Both the position numbers and the translations under genes were made by a program. The notes below the pieces were generated by a model that was not told where the DNA came from, did no database searches, and saw only the letters and a program-made list of their open reading frames with translations. DNA of 64,000 nt from Treponemataceae bacterium (GTDB lineage: Bacteria > Spirochaetota > Spirochaetia > Treponematales > Rectinemataceae): the NCBI GenBank assembly GCA_963678065.2, contig CAXXVZ010000005.1, positions 704,001 to 768,000 on the forward strand. The letters are read 5' to 3'. This document shows positions 39,203 to 50,011 of the stretch, in pieces. How positions within the stretch are numbered: the stretch's first letter is position 1; each line of letters begins with the position of its first letter.

Positions 39203-39978
39203 GCGGGAAGTCGGAAGAACCTGCAGGCGTTCTGGTAGGTCGCCTCAGCGACCTCCTCCGGCCCCTTTTCGACGACCTCGGAGAGGAAATAGGCGGTCGA
39301 GGGCAGGTACTCCGGCATATTCCTCTTGCCGCGGAACTCGGCAGGCACCATGAAGGGCGCTTCGCTTTCGAGGAGTATCCTTTCGAGCGGCAGGACCGAC
39401 ACGGTCTCGTGCAGATTCCTGGCGTTCCGGTAGGTGAGGTTGCCGGCGAAAGAGAAGTACAGGTTCAGTCCCAGCTCGAGGACACGTTCGGCGTAGCGTG
39501 CGTCCTCGGAGTAACAGTGGAGGACGCCGCCGGCTGCGGGCAGGCGGTCGCTCAGAATATCGAGCACATCTTTCCCCGCCTCGCGGTTGTGGATGATTAC
39601 GGGCAGATCGAGTTTGGCCGCGATGTCGAGCTGGTCGATGAAAAGTTCGATCTGGCTCTTCCTGTCTCCGTAGCGGTGGAAGTAGTCGAGTCCGGTCTCG
39701 CCGATAGCGACGACGCGGGGAAGCTTGACAGACTCCTCGATCGTCTTCCTCCAGTCCTTGCCCGGATTCTGGACCTCGGAGGGTGAAACGCCGACGGCGT
39801 GGTAGACCTGTTCGGCCGTCCGGAGATTGTTGTAGACATGCTTGAAATCGACAAGACTGTTACAAATGCTGACAATTCTGCCGACACCAACCTGTTTGGC
39901 CTGCTGAGTAACTAAAAGCTGTTCGATCGGGTCATCATAGATGAGCCCGATGTGGGCATGAGTGTCGAAATACCGCAT
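39199..39978 (-). CDS. tatD: TatD-family hydrolase
   Basis: DTHAH, IGETGLDY, IHNREA, LHCYS. Confidence 0.92.
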   Translation of the reverse strand: MRYFDTHAHIGLIYDDPIEQLLVTQQAKQVGVGRIVSICNSLVDFKHVYNNLRTAEQVYHAVGVSPSEVQNPGKDWRKTIEESVKLPRVVAIGETGLDYFHRYGDRKSQIELFIDQLDIAAKLDLPVIIHNREAGKDVLDILSDRLPAAGGVLHCYSEDARYAERVLELGLNLYFSFAGNLTYRNARNLHETVSVLPLERILLESEAPFMVPAEFRGKRNMPEYLPSTAYFLSEVVEKGPEEVAEATYQNACRFFRLPA

Positions 39979-40144
39979 TTGTCTTCCGTTAATGATGTGA
40001 TGATGGGCAATCCCGTACGGGGTCTAACTTGAATGTAGCATGGCCAGAATGCGCCGTCAACTCGACAGTTGAAAATTGTCGACGCCGGCGGAGGGCTGAG
40101 GAAGATAACGTGCATATTGTATCGGTATCCGAGCCAGAGGTCAA

Positions 40145-40888
40145 TTACATCCGGAATTCTTCGCCGAGATAGAGACTGCGGGCGCTCTCGCTCGCGAGGA
40201 CTTCGTCGCGGCCGCCCGAAACGATGATCTTCCCCAGATGGATGATGTGGGAGCGGTTCGTGATGTCCAAAGTGTCGCGCACATTGTGATCGGTGATGAG
40301 GACGCCTATCCCTTCTCCTGAAAGCTTGCGCACGATCTTCTTGATTTCGTGGATGGCAATGGGGTCGATCCCCGTGAAAGGTTCGTCTAAGAGAAGGAAT
40401 TTGGGTTCGAGAGCGAGGGCCCTCGCGATCTCGGTGCGCCGCTTTTCGCCCCCGGAGAGGGTGTAGGCCATCTGTTTCGCGATGCCCGCGATGCCGAAAT
40501 CTTCCATAAGATGAGCCACCCTCTCCTTCCTGGCGGCGCCACTCATATCGCCCCGTGTCTCGAGCACGGCGAGGATGTTCTGTTCCACGGTCAACTTGCG
40601 GAAAATAGAGGATTCCTGGGGAAGGTAACTGATGCCGAGACGCGCCCTCCGATACATGGGAAGTGCGCCGATCTCCTTTCCATCCAGGAGGACCACGCCC
40701 GCGCTCGGCTTCAGGAAGCCCGCAATCATGTAAAAGATGGTGGTCTTTCCCGCTCCGTTCGGACCGAGCAGGCCGACAACTTCTCCTGTACGCATGGAAA
40801 ACCCCGCCCGGTCTACCGCGAGTTTTTTCCCGTAGAGTTTGGAGAGGCCGACGATTTCAAGGACAGACGATGTTTCGGCGCCGCTCAT
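40145..40888 (-). CDS. lptB: LPS export ABC ATPase LptB
   Basis: GPNGAGKTT, YLPQESSIFRKL, LSGGE, DEPFTGIDP, ITDHNVR. Confidence 0.93.
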   Translation of the reverse strand: MSGAETSSVLEIVGLSKLYGKKLAVDRAGFSMRTGEVVGLLGPNGAGKTTIFYMIAGFLKPSAGVVLLDGKEIGALPMYRRARLGISYLPQESSIFRKLTVEQNILAVLETRGDMSGAARKERVAHLMEDFGIAGIAKQMAYTLSGGEKRRTEIARALALEPKFLLLDEPFTGIDPIAIHEIKKIVRKLSGEGIGVLITDHNVRDTLDITNRSHIIHLGKIIVSGGRDEVLASESARSLYLGEEFRM

Positions 40889-41607
40889 GGACCCTTGGTT
40901 TCCGCGGGTGCGGATTCCTGCTTCGTCGTCACGATGCTTCCGGACACGCTGCCCTCGAGATCGAGTTTGTCGGCCGAGGCTTCGCCGGAAATGGTCGTGG
41001 CGGACAGAGTCGCGCCGCTCTTCGATCGGACAGTCGGGATGCCCGTCATGAGGAGGCTGTTGTCCTTCCTGTTGAACAGAGCGTATTCGGAACGCGCAGC
41101 GAAATCTTCCTTCAATATTTGGACCGAAATCTGCGCGAGGATGGTCTCGTTCTTCTGATCGAACTCAATCCACTCGGCCTTCAGGATGATGTTGTTCTGG
41201 GAATCCTCAAGCGTCGAGTCGCCTTCGGTCTTGCTGACCTGGGAAGGCCGGTCATAGTCCAGTTTTCCTGTCTTGAGCGAAAACCCTTTCTCGGGATCGC
41301 GGACCTCGACGGAGCCGAGGCAGGCGATGGAGGCGTAGTTTTCGCCTGTAATCTCAATCTTGTCAGCCTTTATCTCGAGAGTGCCGGACAGAACCTTCGC
41401 CTTGCCGGTCAGTATCGTCTTTTCCTTACCCTTTGCGAGCACGCTCTCGACCCTCGTCGCCGAGAATGTCAGGGTCTCCTTGGCCGCCTTGTCTTTCGCC
41501 GTCGCGGTCGGCGTCTTGTTCTGGGCCGAAGCCGCCAATCCACCGGCCAGTCCCATCAACAGAGATAATGCCAGCATTCTTGTCGCAATTTGTAGGCTTT
41601 TTTTCAT
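40885..41607 (-). CDS. lptA: LptA/OstA-family protein
   Basis: Signal peptide, beta-jellyroll pattern (IKADKIEI); lies between lptC and lptB. Confidence 0.78.
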   Translation of the reverse strand: MKKSLQIATRMLALSLLMGLAGGLAASAQNKTPTATAKDKAAKETLTFSATRVESVLAKGKEKTILTGKAKVLSGTLEIKADKIEITGENYASIACLGSVEVRDPEKGFSLKTGKLDYDRPSQVSKTEGDSTLEDSQNNIILKAEWIEFDQKNETILAQISVQILKEDFAARSEYALFNRKDNSLLMTGIPTVRSKSGATLSATTISGEASADKLDLEGSVSGSIVTTKQESAPAETKGP

Positions 41608-42251
41608 TTATCACTCCCGGGTTGCCCATTATCGACCATCCGACCCTCCACGCCGTCCCGAAGGGCGAATGATCGCGCCACAGTGTCGGCAAAAAAACCG
41701 GCGCCGCGTATCCACGATCCCTTGCCCACCTTCACCATCACGCTCCTGTCCAGGCGTCCTTCGAGGGTCTTCTGCGTTCCATTGTACCTCAGATAATCGG
41801 TTTCGAAAACCGCATCCTCATCGGCGGAATAGAGGCTCACGAAGCCCGACAGTTCAGCGTCACCCGAATCGGTGTGATAGACCACATGGTCCGATGCGCC
41901 CTTTGTCCGCAGGGCGCCTGTCTCCGCATCGTACTCCATGAAACGTATGTTTTCGAGGACTATTTTCTTTTCAAGGTCGAAATACGCGGCTTTTTCGGCA
42001 TAAACCTCGAAACTCCTCCGGCCATTCACGACATCGCTCCGGAAAAAGTCGACGAATACCGCCGTGGGCTGGCCCTCGGGAGGCGGTCCCTGATCGCCGT
42101 AGTCGAAGCTGCAGCCAATCAAAAACAACAGGGCCAATCCGGCCACCATGGCGGTCACGATGCCAGTCCTGCGGCCAGCTTTCGCGGCGAAATCGCGCGA
42201 AAGCGAACCGTTCGGCCGGCTCCAGTCCCCCCCATGCGCAGCCGATGCCAT
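41604..42251 (-). CDS. lptC: LptC-like protein
   Basis: N-terminal TM/lipobox, beta-rich; pyrG-lptC-lptA-lptB synteny; start uncertain. Confidence 0.72.
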   Translation of the reverse strand: MASAAHGGDWSRPNGSLSRDFAAKAGRRTGIVTAMVAGLALLFLIGCSFDYGDQGPPPEGQPTAVFVDFFRSDVVNGRRSFEVYAEKAAYFDLEKKIVLENIRFMEYDAETGALRTKGASDHVVYHTDSGDAELSGFVSLYSADEDAVFETDYLRYNGTQKTLEGRLDRSVMVKVGKGSWIRGAGFFADTVARSFALRDGVEGRMVDNGQPGSDK

Positions 42252-42257
42252 GCAGGT

Positions 42258-43865
42258 TCAGCCCTTGTGCGCCAGGCAGGCGTCGATGAAACCGGAGAAA
42301 AGCGGATGGGCCGATACGGGTCTCGACTTGAACTCAGGGTGGAACTGCACGCCGATAGCCCAAGGATGCTTTCCCCACTCCACGGACTCGACGAGGCTTC
42401 CGTCTGTGGTAGTCGCCGTAATCAGCAGGCCCGCGTTTTCCAGTTCGGACCTGAAAGCGTTCGAGAACTCATAGCGGTGTCTGTGCCGCTCGCTTATCGT
42501 CTCCGTGCCGTAGACTTCGTGGATGCGCGAGCCAGCCTTCAGGATGGAGTCGCTCGCGCCGAGGCGCATCGTCCCGCCATAGGCCTTCACGTCGATCTGG
42601 TCCTCAAGGAGGCCGACGACGGGATGTCTCGTGTCGGGATCGAACTCGGTGGAATGCGCATCCGCCCAACCCAGGACATCCCGCGCGTACTCGATCACCA
42701 TGATCTGCATGCCGAGGCAGATGCCGAAGTAGGGTACCTTGTGCTCGCGGGCCCAGCGAGCGGCCCTGACCATGCCGTTGATCCCCCGCTCACCGAATCC
42801 GCCGGGAACGAGGATACCGTCCACCGCTCCGAGTATCGTATCGACCGAGGCGTCGTCCGATTCCAGGGAGCCGGAGTCGATCTTGACGAGCTCAACCTCT
42901 GCGTCGTTCGCGATGCCGCCGTGGTAGAGGGCTTCCCACACCGACTTGTAGGCATCGTGGAGTTCCATGTATTTGCCGACGATGCCGATGCGGACCTTTT
43001 TCGCGGGATGGCGGAATTTCTCAACCATGTCGCGCCATTCGGAAAGTTCCGCGTGGCGACTTTCGATCCCCATCTTCTTCAGCATGAACGTGTCGAGGCC
43101 CTGTTCGTAGAATACGAGGGGCAGTTCGTAAATGGTCGTCGGCACATCGTGGGCGGAAATCACGCCCTCGAATTCGACATTGGTGAAGGACGAGAGCTTG
43201 CGCCTGAGGTTCGCGTCGAGAGGAGTAGCCGCCCTGCAGACGAGGACATCGGGCTGGATACCCACTTCCTGCAACTCTTTGACGGCGTGTTGGGAAGGCT
43301 TGGTTTTGAGCTCGCCGCCCGAAACCGCCGGGATGAGGGTCACATGGACGGAGAGGGCGTTCTGCTTGCCCATCTCGTGGATGAGCTGCCGCGCAGCCTC
43401 AAGGAAGGGAATGGACTCCATGTCGCCGACAGTACCGCCTACCTCGACGATGATGACGTCGACATCCGGCCCCTGCCCCACGGCGAGGATGCGGTTCTTG
43501 ATCTCATCGGTGATGTGGGGAATGACCTGGACCGTCCTGCCGAGGAATCGTCCTGCCCTCTCCTTGTCGATGACAGAGCGGTAGACCTGGCCGGTCGTGA
43601 TGGAGTTGGCTTTTGAAAGGTTACAATTGGTGAAACGGCCGTAATTGCCGAGGTCGAGGTCGGTTTCGGCACCATCGTCGGTGACGTAGACCTCGCCATG
43701 CTGGTAGGGGCTCATCGTACCCGCATCTACATTGAGATACGGATCGATCTTGACCATGCGCACGGCAAGGCCGCGCGCCTCCATGAGAACACCGATGGAC
43801 GAAGCGGCGATGCCCTTTCCCAGAGAAGAACAGACGCCGCCCGTCACTATGACGAGCTTCTTCAT
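42258..43865 (-). CDS. pyrG: CTP synthase
   Basis: VTGGVCSSLGKG, DPYLNVDAGTMSPYQHGEV, GICLGMQ, QFHPEF. Confidence 0.97.
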   Translation of the reverse strand: MKKLVIVTGGVCSSLGKGIAASSIGVLMEARGLAVRMVKIDPYLNVDAGTMSPYQHGEVYVTDDGAETDLDLGNYGRFTNCNLSKANSITTGQVYRSVIDKERAGRFLGRTVQVIPHITDEIKNRILAVGQGPDVDVIIVEVGGTVGDMESIPFLEAARQLIHEMGKQNALSVHVTLIPAVSGGELKTKPSQHAVKELQEVGIQPDVLVCRAATPLDANLRRKLSSFTNVEFEGVISAHDVPTTIYELPLVFYEQGLDTFMLKKMGIESRHAELSEWRDMVEKFRHPAKKVRIGIVGKYMELHDAYKSVWEALYHGGIANDAEVELVKIDSGSLESDDASVDTILGAVDGILVPGGFGERGINGMVRAARWAREHKVPYFGICLGMQIMVIEYARDVLGWADAHSTEFDPDTRHPVVGLLEDQIDVKAYGGTMRLGASDSILKAGSRIHEVYGTETISERHRHRYEFSNAFRSELENAGLLITATTTDGSLVESVEWGKHPWAIGVQFHPEFKSRPVSAHPLFSGFIDACLAHKG

Positions 43866-44090
43866 GGGATTTTAGTATCCGGAAAACCACAGGTCCGTGT
43901 CAATCGCATAAGGATTACATTCACCGTAAAGATAGCCCAAGATCCGGGATGGCACACTCCCCTCCGTGCCGGACTTCCTTCGCTCCGCTCACCCTGTCTC
44001 GGCCATTCTGGATTCGGAAGGAGCAAGCCTTGAACGCGGGGCCTGGCAGAGCTAGACGGCACAGGTCCGCCTCACTAGACTTACTCGACG

Positions 44091-44783
44091 ATGAAAGCGA
44101 ACACCGACCTCGTGCGTCGCGGCCTCGACGCCTTGGACATCCGTGCCGATCCACTGTGCACGCGCCTTGCACGATATATAGAAGAAATTGAATTATGGAA
44201 CCCAACCTATGGTCTCGTGAACAGCTCGGGAGACGATCTCGTCATCAAGCACATTCTGGACAGTCTCGCCCCGCTTGCGCTTCTCAGCCCCATGCTCGCG
44301 GAACTCGATGCCGGGTTGGCAGCCGGGTCACACATGAAAGCCTGCCTCGCCGATATCGGTACGGGAGCCGGCCTGCCCGGCATTCCCCTCGCCCTCGCCA
44401 TGCCTGAACGTCAGGTATTCCTTGTGGAGCGCATGGGCAAGCGAGTCAGATTTCTGGAAAACCAGAAGGCAATTCTCGGCCTCGACAATGTCACCATTCT
44501 GGAATCCGAAGCGGAGCGGGCTCGGGGCCCTTTCGATCTCGTCGTATTCCGCGCATTCAGGCCATTCACCGAAACGAAGCTCTTTCGCTCCATCGCAAGC
44601 CATGTATCGGCCGTCGGGATCATAGCTGCCTACAAAGGGAAGGAATCGACCGCCCGTGCAGAACTCGCCGCCATCGCCATGGACCCAAGACTCGGCCGGC
44701 TCGCGAACGAGGCTGAGCTTTTCCCGGTACACGTTCCCTTTCTGGAAGAGGAGCGCTGTCTCGTCGTCATGAGAAACCGATAA
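44091..44783 (+). CDS. rsmG: 16S rRNA m7G527 methyltransferase
   Basis: WNPTYGL, KHILDSL, DIGTGAGLPGIPLA, FRAF. Confidence 0.93.
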   Translation: MKANTDLVRRGLDALDIRADPLCTRLARYIEEIELWNPTYGLVNSSGDDLVIKHILDSLAPLALLSPMLAELDAGLAAGSHMKACLADIGTGAGLPGIPLALAMPERQVFLVERMGKRVRFLENQKAILGLDNVTILESEAERARGPFDLVVFRAFRPFTETKLFRSIASHVSAVGIIAAYKGKESTARAELAAIAMDPRLGRLANEAELFPVHVPFLEEERCLVVMRNR

Positions 44784-44850
44784 AGGACCTTCTCCACAGC
44801 GCCCTGGGGTAGAGAAAGAGATCGATCACTCGAGACTCGTCGTTCTGATC

Positions 44851-45132
44851 TCAGGGTTCCTTTCCGCCAGATGGCGCTTCGCCACCGGAGACAGATGAAT
44901 CGCCAGCCTCTCCGGAATCAGTCTCTCCGGACTCCTCGCCTTCTACGATATCGCCTTCTACGATATCGCCTTCTCCATCGGTTCCGGCGGTTTCTTCCTC
45001 AGTCCCGGGTTCTTCCTCTCCATTCTTTGCCCTTTCCTTGCGCTCGTTCTTCTTCTTCTGTTTCTCTTCGAGCTTTTTTTTCTTCTCAAGTTCTTTCCGG
45101 CGTTTTTCGGAATTGAATTTGTTCGGTTTCAT
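44851..45132 (-). CDS. Small protein with Lys-rich N-terminus and acidic C-terminus
   Basis: ATG 45132 with GGGGAG upstream; MKPNKFNSEKRRKELEKKKK...; 15-nt tandem duplication encoding GDIVE. Confidence 0.65.
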   Translation of the reverse strand: MKPNKFNSEKRRKELEKKKKLEEKQKKKNERKERAKNGEEEPGTEEETAGTDGEGDIVEGDIVEGEESGETDSGEAGDSSVSGGEAPSGGKEP

Positions 45133-45430
45133 GATTTCTCCCCTGAACAGGCACCCCTCGTACAAAACAGAGACAGTATGGGCAACCCTTCTTAGAGTAC
45201 TGTATCCGAAACGGCGGGAACATGCTTCCCCCAGAAACCCCAAGGACCTCCGCTCGCAGAGGTCCTCCAAAATGCTGCCAATGCCAAGACCAGATTTTCT
45301 TCGCTGCGGGCAAGAGGCTCATAATCGGTCTTGATAGGTATCTCTTCTGGCAGACAAACAAGTACGACGAGATAGGTTCGAAGAATGAACGCAAAACCTC
45401 CCCTTCAGAACAGGACAGCATTCGATGTAC

Positions 45431-46087
45431 TTATTCTATAACTTTGTATATATCTCCGATCCTCTTGCAGGCCTTTGCCTTTGGCACGTAGGAGGGCAGA
45501 CCTATCGGCACAAGGCTGATAAACTTATAATCCTGAGGGACCTGAAGAATATCATTCATCCTGTCCTTCGCAATGGCCGGCTCGTTCATCCAGCAGGCTC
45601 CGTACCCCCGTTCATGGATCGCCAGCAGCATGTTTTGCACTGCCGCCCCGATGGACAGGACGTCAGGCCAGGCAAGTCGCTCCATCATGGTTTCGTGGCT
45701 GTATCCTTTGCCTGTGAAAATGCCGGTTATCCTCTCGTCGTAATAAGTCAGTTTCGTCATGAATACGGCAATGACCACCGGCGCATGCACAAAAAACGTA
45801 GCAGCCTTCCCCTTCGCATCGAGAAACACCTCGAATCCGTCACGGTCACCGCCCTGGGGCATGACGGAGCCGAAGAAAGCGTGTGTCTCCGCGGCGACGG
45901 CTGCGGCCATCTCAAGGATCACCGCCCTGTCTTTCACGGCGACAAAATACCAGCACTGGCTGTTGCAGCCACTCGGTGCCGAGGCGGCCGTTTCGATAAA
46001 GTACTTCAGGTCCTCGTCCGGAACTCCACGATCGAGATACTTCCGGATGCTCCTCCTGGATGCCGCCAAGGAAAGAAAATCCTTCAT
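45431..46087 (-). CDS. Nitroreductase-family protein
   Basis: RRSIRKY, APSGCNSQCW, AVQNMLLA..ERGYGACW. Confidence 0.9.
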   Translation of the reverse strand: MKDFLSLAASRRSIRKYLDRGVPDEDLKYFIETAASAPSGCNSQCWYFVAVKDRAVILEMAAAVAAETHAFFGSVMPQGGDRDGFEVFLDAKGKAATFFVHAPVVIAVFMTKLTYYDERITGIFTGKGYSHETMMERLAWPDVLSIGAAVQNMLLAIHERGYGACWMNEPAIAKDRMNDILQVPQDYKFISLVPIGLPSYVPKAKACKRIGDIYKVIE

Positions 46088-47283
46088 TCTGCCACCTCCA
46101 CCCTGTTTCTTCCGTTTGCTTTGGCACTGTACAAGGCCTTGTCGGCCTCTTGATACACGAGGTCGAAACGCATCCCGGCCTGAGTATCGAGTGCGACGAC
46201 GCCAAAACTGGCTGTCACCCTGATCGTATTGCCATTGACCACCATGAAATTGTTCCCCACGACTGTCCGCAGCTTCTCGGCCGCCACGATACCGTGAATG
46301 AGTTCCGTTTCCGGCAGCAGCACGATGAATTCCTCTCCTCCCCAGCGCGCGATAATATCACTTTCCCGCAGATTCCTCCGGAGGATATCGGCAGTCTGTA
46401 CGAGGACCGCGTCGCCGGTGGAATGTCCGTAAGAGTCATTGACCGCCTTGAAAAAATCGATATCCAAAAGAATGACGACAGCTCGCCCTCCATATCGGAA
46501 TACTCTGGACATTTCCATTTTCAGGAATCGATCGAATTCCCGCCGGTTGCACAACTCGGTAAGCGGATCGTGCGAGGCAAGAAAACTGAGCCTGACATTC
46601 TTCTTCTCCAGTTCGTCCCGCTACCGCCTAATGGTCCTGTGCTGAAAAATCGATTTTACCCTTGACCACCACAAGATGTGATTGAGCCCCGCCCCCATGG
46701 CTGTAATGGCGAATCCATTTATCCGATTGGACAGGAGTATGGCGGTATCATGCTGAGTTATACCGAGGCCTAACGCGAATACGGAAAACGCAAAGAAGTA
46801 CATTCCCGCGGCGTGGACGGGAGTGATGCGGAATACCATCGCCACGATGGAGCAGGTAATCATGAAGGGCGTGATGCTTGAAGTGACCGACTGATCGACA
46901 ATAGTTATCGCAGCCCCGCCAACCTGCAGGGCCAGGAGGAAAAAGGCCTGAAAGAAGCTCTGGATCCTGACCGGCTTTGTTTCGATCCACTTTCCCTTTC
47001 CCAGAAACAGAAAAACGCACATGAGACACAGAAATGCGCTATGGCAGGCTATGATGCCAGCCCGCCACCTGATTTCCGCTTCCGAAGACAGTTTGAGAAA
47101 AAACGCGAAAATGATAATGAAAAGCAAATGGACGGGAATAGCGAGGAGCGTCAGTGTGGCGAAACGCGATGTATTCTCCCGGATAATCTCATCATGCAAC
47201 CCGGGATCGGACCCGATCCGACCGCCTTTACCAAAACCTGAAACTCCTACAGCCGACGGCAATACTCTCTCAGTGTCTTCCAT
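46084..47283 (-). pseudogene. Membrane-anchored diguanylate cyclase interrupted by one in-frame TAG at 46621-46623
   Basis: TM ORF 46621..47283 continues in frame after TAG as RDELEKKNVRLSFLASHDPLTELCNRR into the GGEEF domain. Confidence 0.8.
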
Positions 47284-47782
47284 ACCGAGCCAGTCCTGAG
47301 AGAAAGTTTCTCAGGAATTGATCCATGCATTCCCTGTAATTCTTGTGTCCTTTTTTGCGGAACAGGGCTGTAAGTTCGTTTTTGGACAGATCGACGCCTG
47401 AAATCTTCATTATCGCCATCATGTCCTCTTCCTTGAGCTCGAGGGCGATACGGATTTTTTTCAGGATCGTGTTGTTGTCCAGATCCCTACCATCCGAAGG
47501 AACCGGATCCGATCCACCCTTTGCGCCTCGTTCCGTCTGATTCCCTGCAGCTACCCCGGCCGTTTCCCTCTTACCCCGGAATTTGACAATCATCCCGTCA
47601 AGCAAAGCCGACAGAGTCGCCTCGTCACACTCCGCGTACCCCTCTTCTCCTTCCTTCAGAAAATAGGAGTCGAGGGTCAGACTGGAAACAGGCCTTCCAC
47701 CAGCTTCCAGCATCGACAGCATGGTCGCATCGTTAATTTTGACCGCAAAGCGGATACGTTTTAGAATGTCGTTGTTGGTCAT
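47270..47782 (-). CDS. DUF1456 (YehS-like) protein
   Basis: MTNNDILKRIR, NNTILKKIRIALEL, HKNYRECMDQFLRNFL. Confidence 0.85.
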   Translation of the reverse strand: MTNNDILKRIRFAVKINDATMLSMLEAGGRPVSSLTLDSYFLKEGEEGYAECDEATLSALLDGMIVKFRGKRETAGVAAGNQTERGAKGGSDPVPSDGRDLDNNTILKKIRIALELKEEDMMAIMKISGVDLSKNELTALFRKKGHKNYRECMDQFLRNFLSGLARYGRH

Positions 47783-48365
47783 ACGCTCTCCATGCAACAG
47801 TCGCGGACAGAGGCGATCCGGCTGTACGCCTCAAGTAATATCACAGGATTGAAGAAGTCAGCCAGTGCCCCGGACTATTGCGGCCCCCGTACTCAAGACA
47901 CCTTTCTCCCAGAATAGACTTGATCAGCATCGACGATGCCGCGCAGCCCCCACATAGACCGAGTCGGGCGTTCTCCGAACAAGGCTTAATGCAGTCTGAA
48001 AGAATTGCAATTCATGATGTCGTAATTGATTATCGATCTGCGCTCGTTCACCTCGGCATACTCCATGAGGTAGATCAATATAAAGTGCGCCCAATCGTCA
48101 ATACAGAAAAAAAGAAAGATAAGGTGAATCCCAATTTGTCCTTGTATTCCTGAATCTCTATGCTACCAGCCGTAGGCTGAAGCTTCGACTATACACCTCG
48201 TTTGGTGTAGCAAACTCAAGGGATTGATGAAATCGTTCCTGGTTGAAAAAATTGAAGTATTTGTCGACGGCGATCTATATCAAAGCCAATACACTCTTTT
48301 GCAGTGACCAATTCAACATTACCTAATACGCTTTTGCCTTTTACTTTTTTTAGTACATTGACTAG

Positions 48366-50007
48366 CAGCCTGTCGGGCTTTCATCCAAGGGGAATTTACT
48401 CAGCCGGAGGAAACGCGTAGTCTCATGGCATGAGCGCGCAATTCGTGAACATAGACCGCGAAACATCGATGCTGTTGCCTCCGGATCTCCGGGACTGGAT
48501 ACCGGAGGACAGCATGGTGCACCTCATCATCGAGACGGTGGAAACCCTGGATATCCAGAAGTTCTGGGTGAACGAAGGGGGCAGCGGGTGCGCGCAGTAT
48601 CCGCCGTCCATGATGTTGTCGCTCCTGATCTACTGCTACGCGACGGGACGTTTCTCGTCCCGGATGATCGAAGAAGCGAGTTGGTATGACGTCGCGGTCC
48701 GCTATATCTGCGGAGGCGACAAGCATCCGGACCACGACACGATCTGCGCGTTCCGGACAAGGAATCGGGATGCGTTCAAAGAAGCCTTTGTGAAAGTGTT
48801 GCTGATCGCCCAGGAACTCGGGTACCTGAAGAAGGTAGGCAGTGTGGCCGTGGATGGGACGAAAATCATAGCCAACGCCAGCAAGCACGCGGCGGTCAGC
48901 TACAAACGAGCGGAGGAGATGATTCGGCAGCTGGAGCTGGAAATCGAACAGCTCACGCGCAAGGCAGAGGAAGCTGACAGCACGCCCCTTGATACGGGAT
49001 TGAGCCTGCCGGAGGAGATCAAACGCCGGGAAGATCGGAAGACGGCGCTCACGGAGGCGCGGAAAGTCATTGAAGAACGGTACGAGGACGTGCGGAAGCA
49101 GAAGCAGCAGGAATACGAGGAAAAGATGGAAGCGCGGGAGGAGGAGCGGAAGAACGGGAAGGGGCCACGGGGCAGGACGCCGGTACCACCTTCGGACAAG
49201 CCTCCCGATACGGCGCAGTTCAATTTCACCGACGGGGAAAGCAGGATCATGAAAGCTGGCTCAGGCGAACATATGGAGCAGGCATACAATGCCCAGGCCG
49301 TGATCGACACGGAAGGCAGCATGCTGCTTCTGGGCGGCTACGTGACAAACCATGCCAACGACAAGCGGGAACTGGAACCGGCGGTGGCATGTGTAAATCC
49401 CGAAGTCCGGCACGTCAGTGTCGTGTGTGCCGATACCGGATATTTCAGCGAAGCGACCGTGAGCAGTATCGAGGCTGCCGGCACAGGGCCGATTGTGTAT
49501 TGCGCCATCGAACGGCAGGGCCATCATCGGACGGTAGAGGACTTGGAGCGAAAGCCGGCACTGGAAACGCCGCCTGCGACGGCTTCCGTCATGGAGACCA
49601 TGGCATTCAGGCTCAAGACGAAAGAGGGGCACCGCAACTACAAGAAGCGGAAGGAGACCATTGAACCGGCTTTCGGCATCATCAAGTCCGTATTGGGTTT
49701 CCGTCAATTTCTGATGCGCGGATTGGAAAAGGTGGGCATCGAGTGGGATCTCGTGACGCTTGCGTACAACTTCAAGCGCCTGCACAGGCTGGGGCAGAAT
49801 CGCAAAATTTCCGCGACGACGATCGAATTGGCAGGAAGTTGACCTGGGGACTTTCCGCAAGGCGAGAAAACCGCTTGAGAGAATGACGTCGCATCGGGAA
49901 ACACCGGTTGAGGGAAATCAAATCCTCGTTTTCAAGAAACAACATTACTTTCCACCCCCGAAAGCCTGGGCTATTGCGTTTTTCTTTGCTTTCAATCCGA
50001 CAGGCTG
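48366..50007 (+). mobile_element. IS1182-family insertion sequence
   Basis: Terminal IR CAGCCTGTCGG...CCGACAGGCTG flanked by CTAG on both sides (48362-65, 50008-11). Confidence 0.85.
48430..49842 (+). CDS. IS1182-family transposase
   Basis: YPPSMMLSLLIYCY, PDHDTI, DGTKIIANAS, YNAQ, ADTGY, EPAFGIIK. Confidence 0.92.
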   Translation: MSAQFVNIDRETSMLLPPDLRDWIPEDSMVHLIIETVETLDIQKFWVNEGGSGCAQYPPSMMLSLLIYCYATGRFSSRMIEEASWYDVAVRYICGGDKHPDHDTICAFRTRNRDAFKEAFVKVLLIAQELGYLKKVGSVAVDGTKIIANASKHAAVSYKRAEEMIRQLELEIEQLTRKAEEADSTPLDTGLSLPEEIKRREDRKTALTEARKVIEERYEDVRKQKQQEYEEKMEAREEERKNGKGPRGRTPVPPSDKPPDTAQFNFTDGESRIMKAGSGEHMEQAYNAQAVIDTEGSMLLLGGYVTNHANDKRELEPAVACVNPEVRHVSVVCADTGYFSEATVSSIEAAGTGPIVYCAIERQGHHRTVEDLERKPALETPPATASVMETMAFRLKTKEGHRNYKKRKETIEPAFGIIKSVLGFRQFLMRGLEKVGIEWDLVTLAYNFKRLHRLGQNRKISATTIELAGS

Positions 50008-50011
50008 CTAG

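Noticed and set aside
46621..46623. Pyrrolysine or programmed recoding at the TAG
   Set aside because: No pyl genes in the window, TAG ends other genes here, and one C>T change explains it.
49772..50011. C-terminal extension of the GNAT ORF
   Set aside because: Read-through into the right end of the IS1182.
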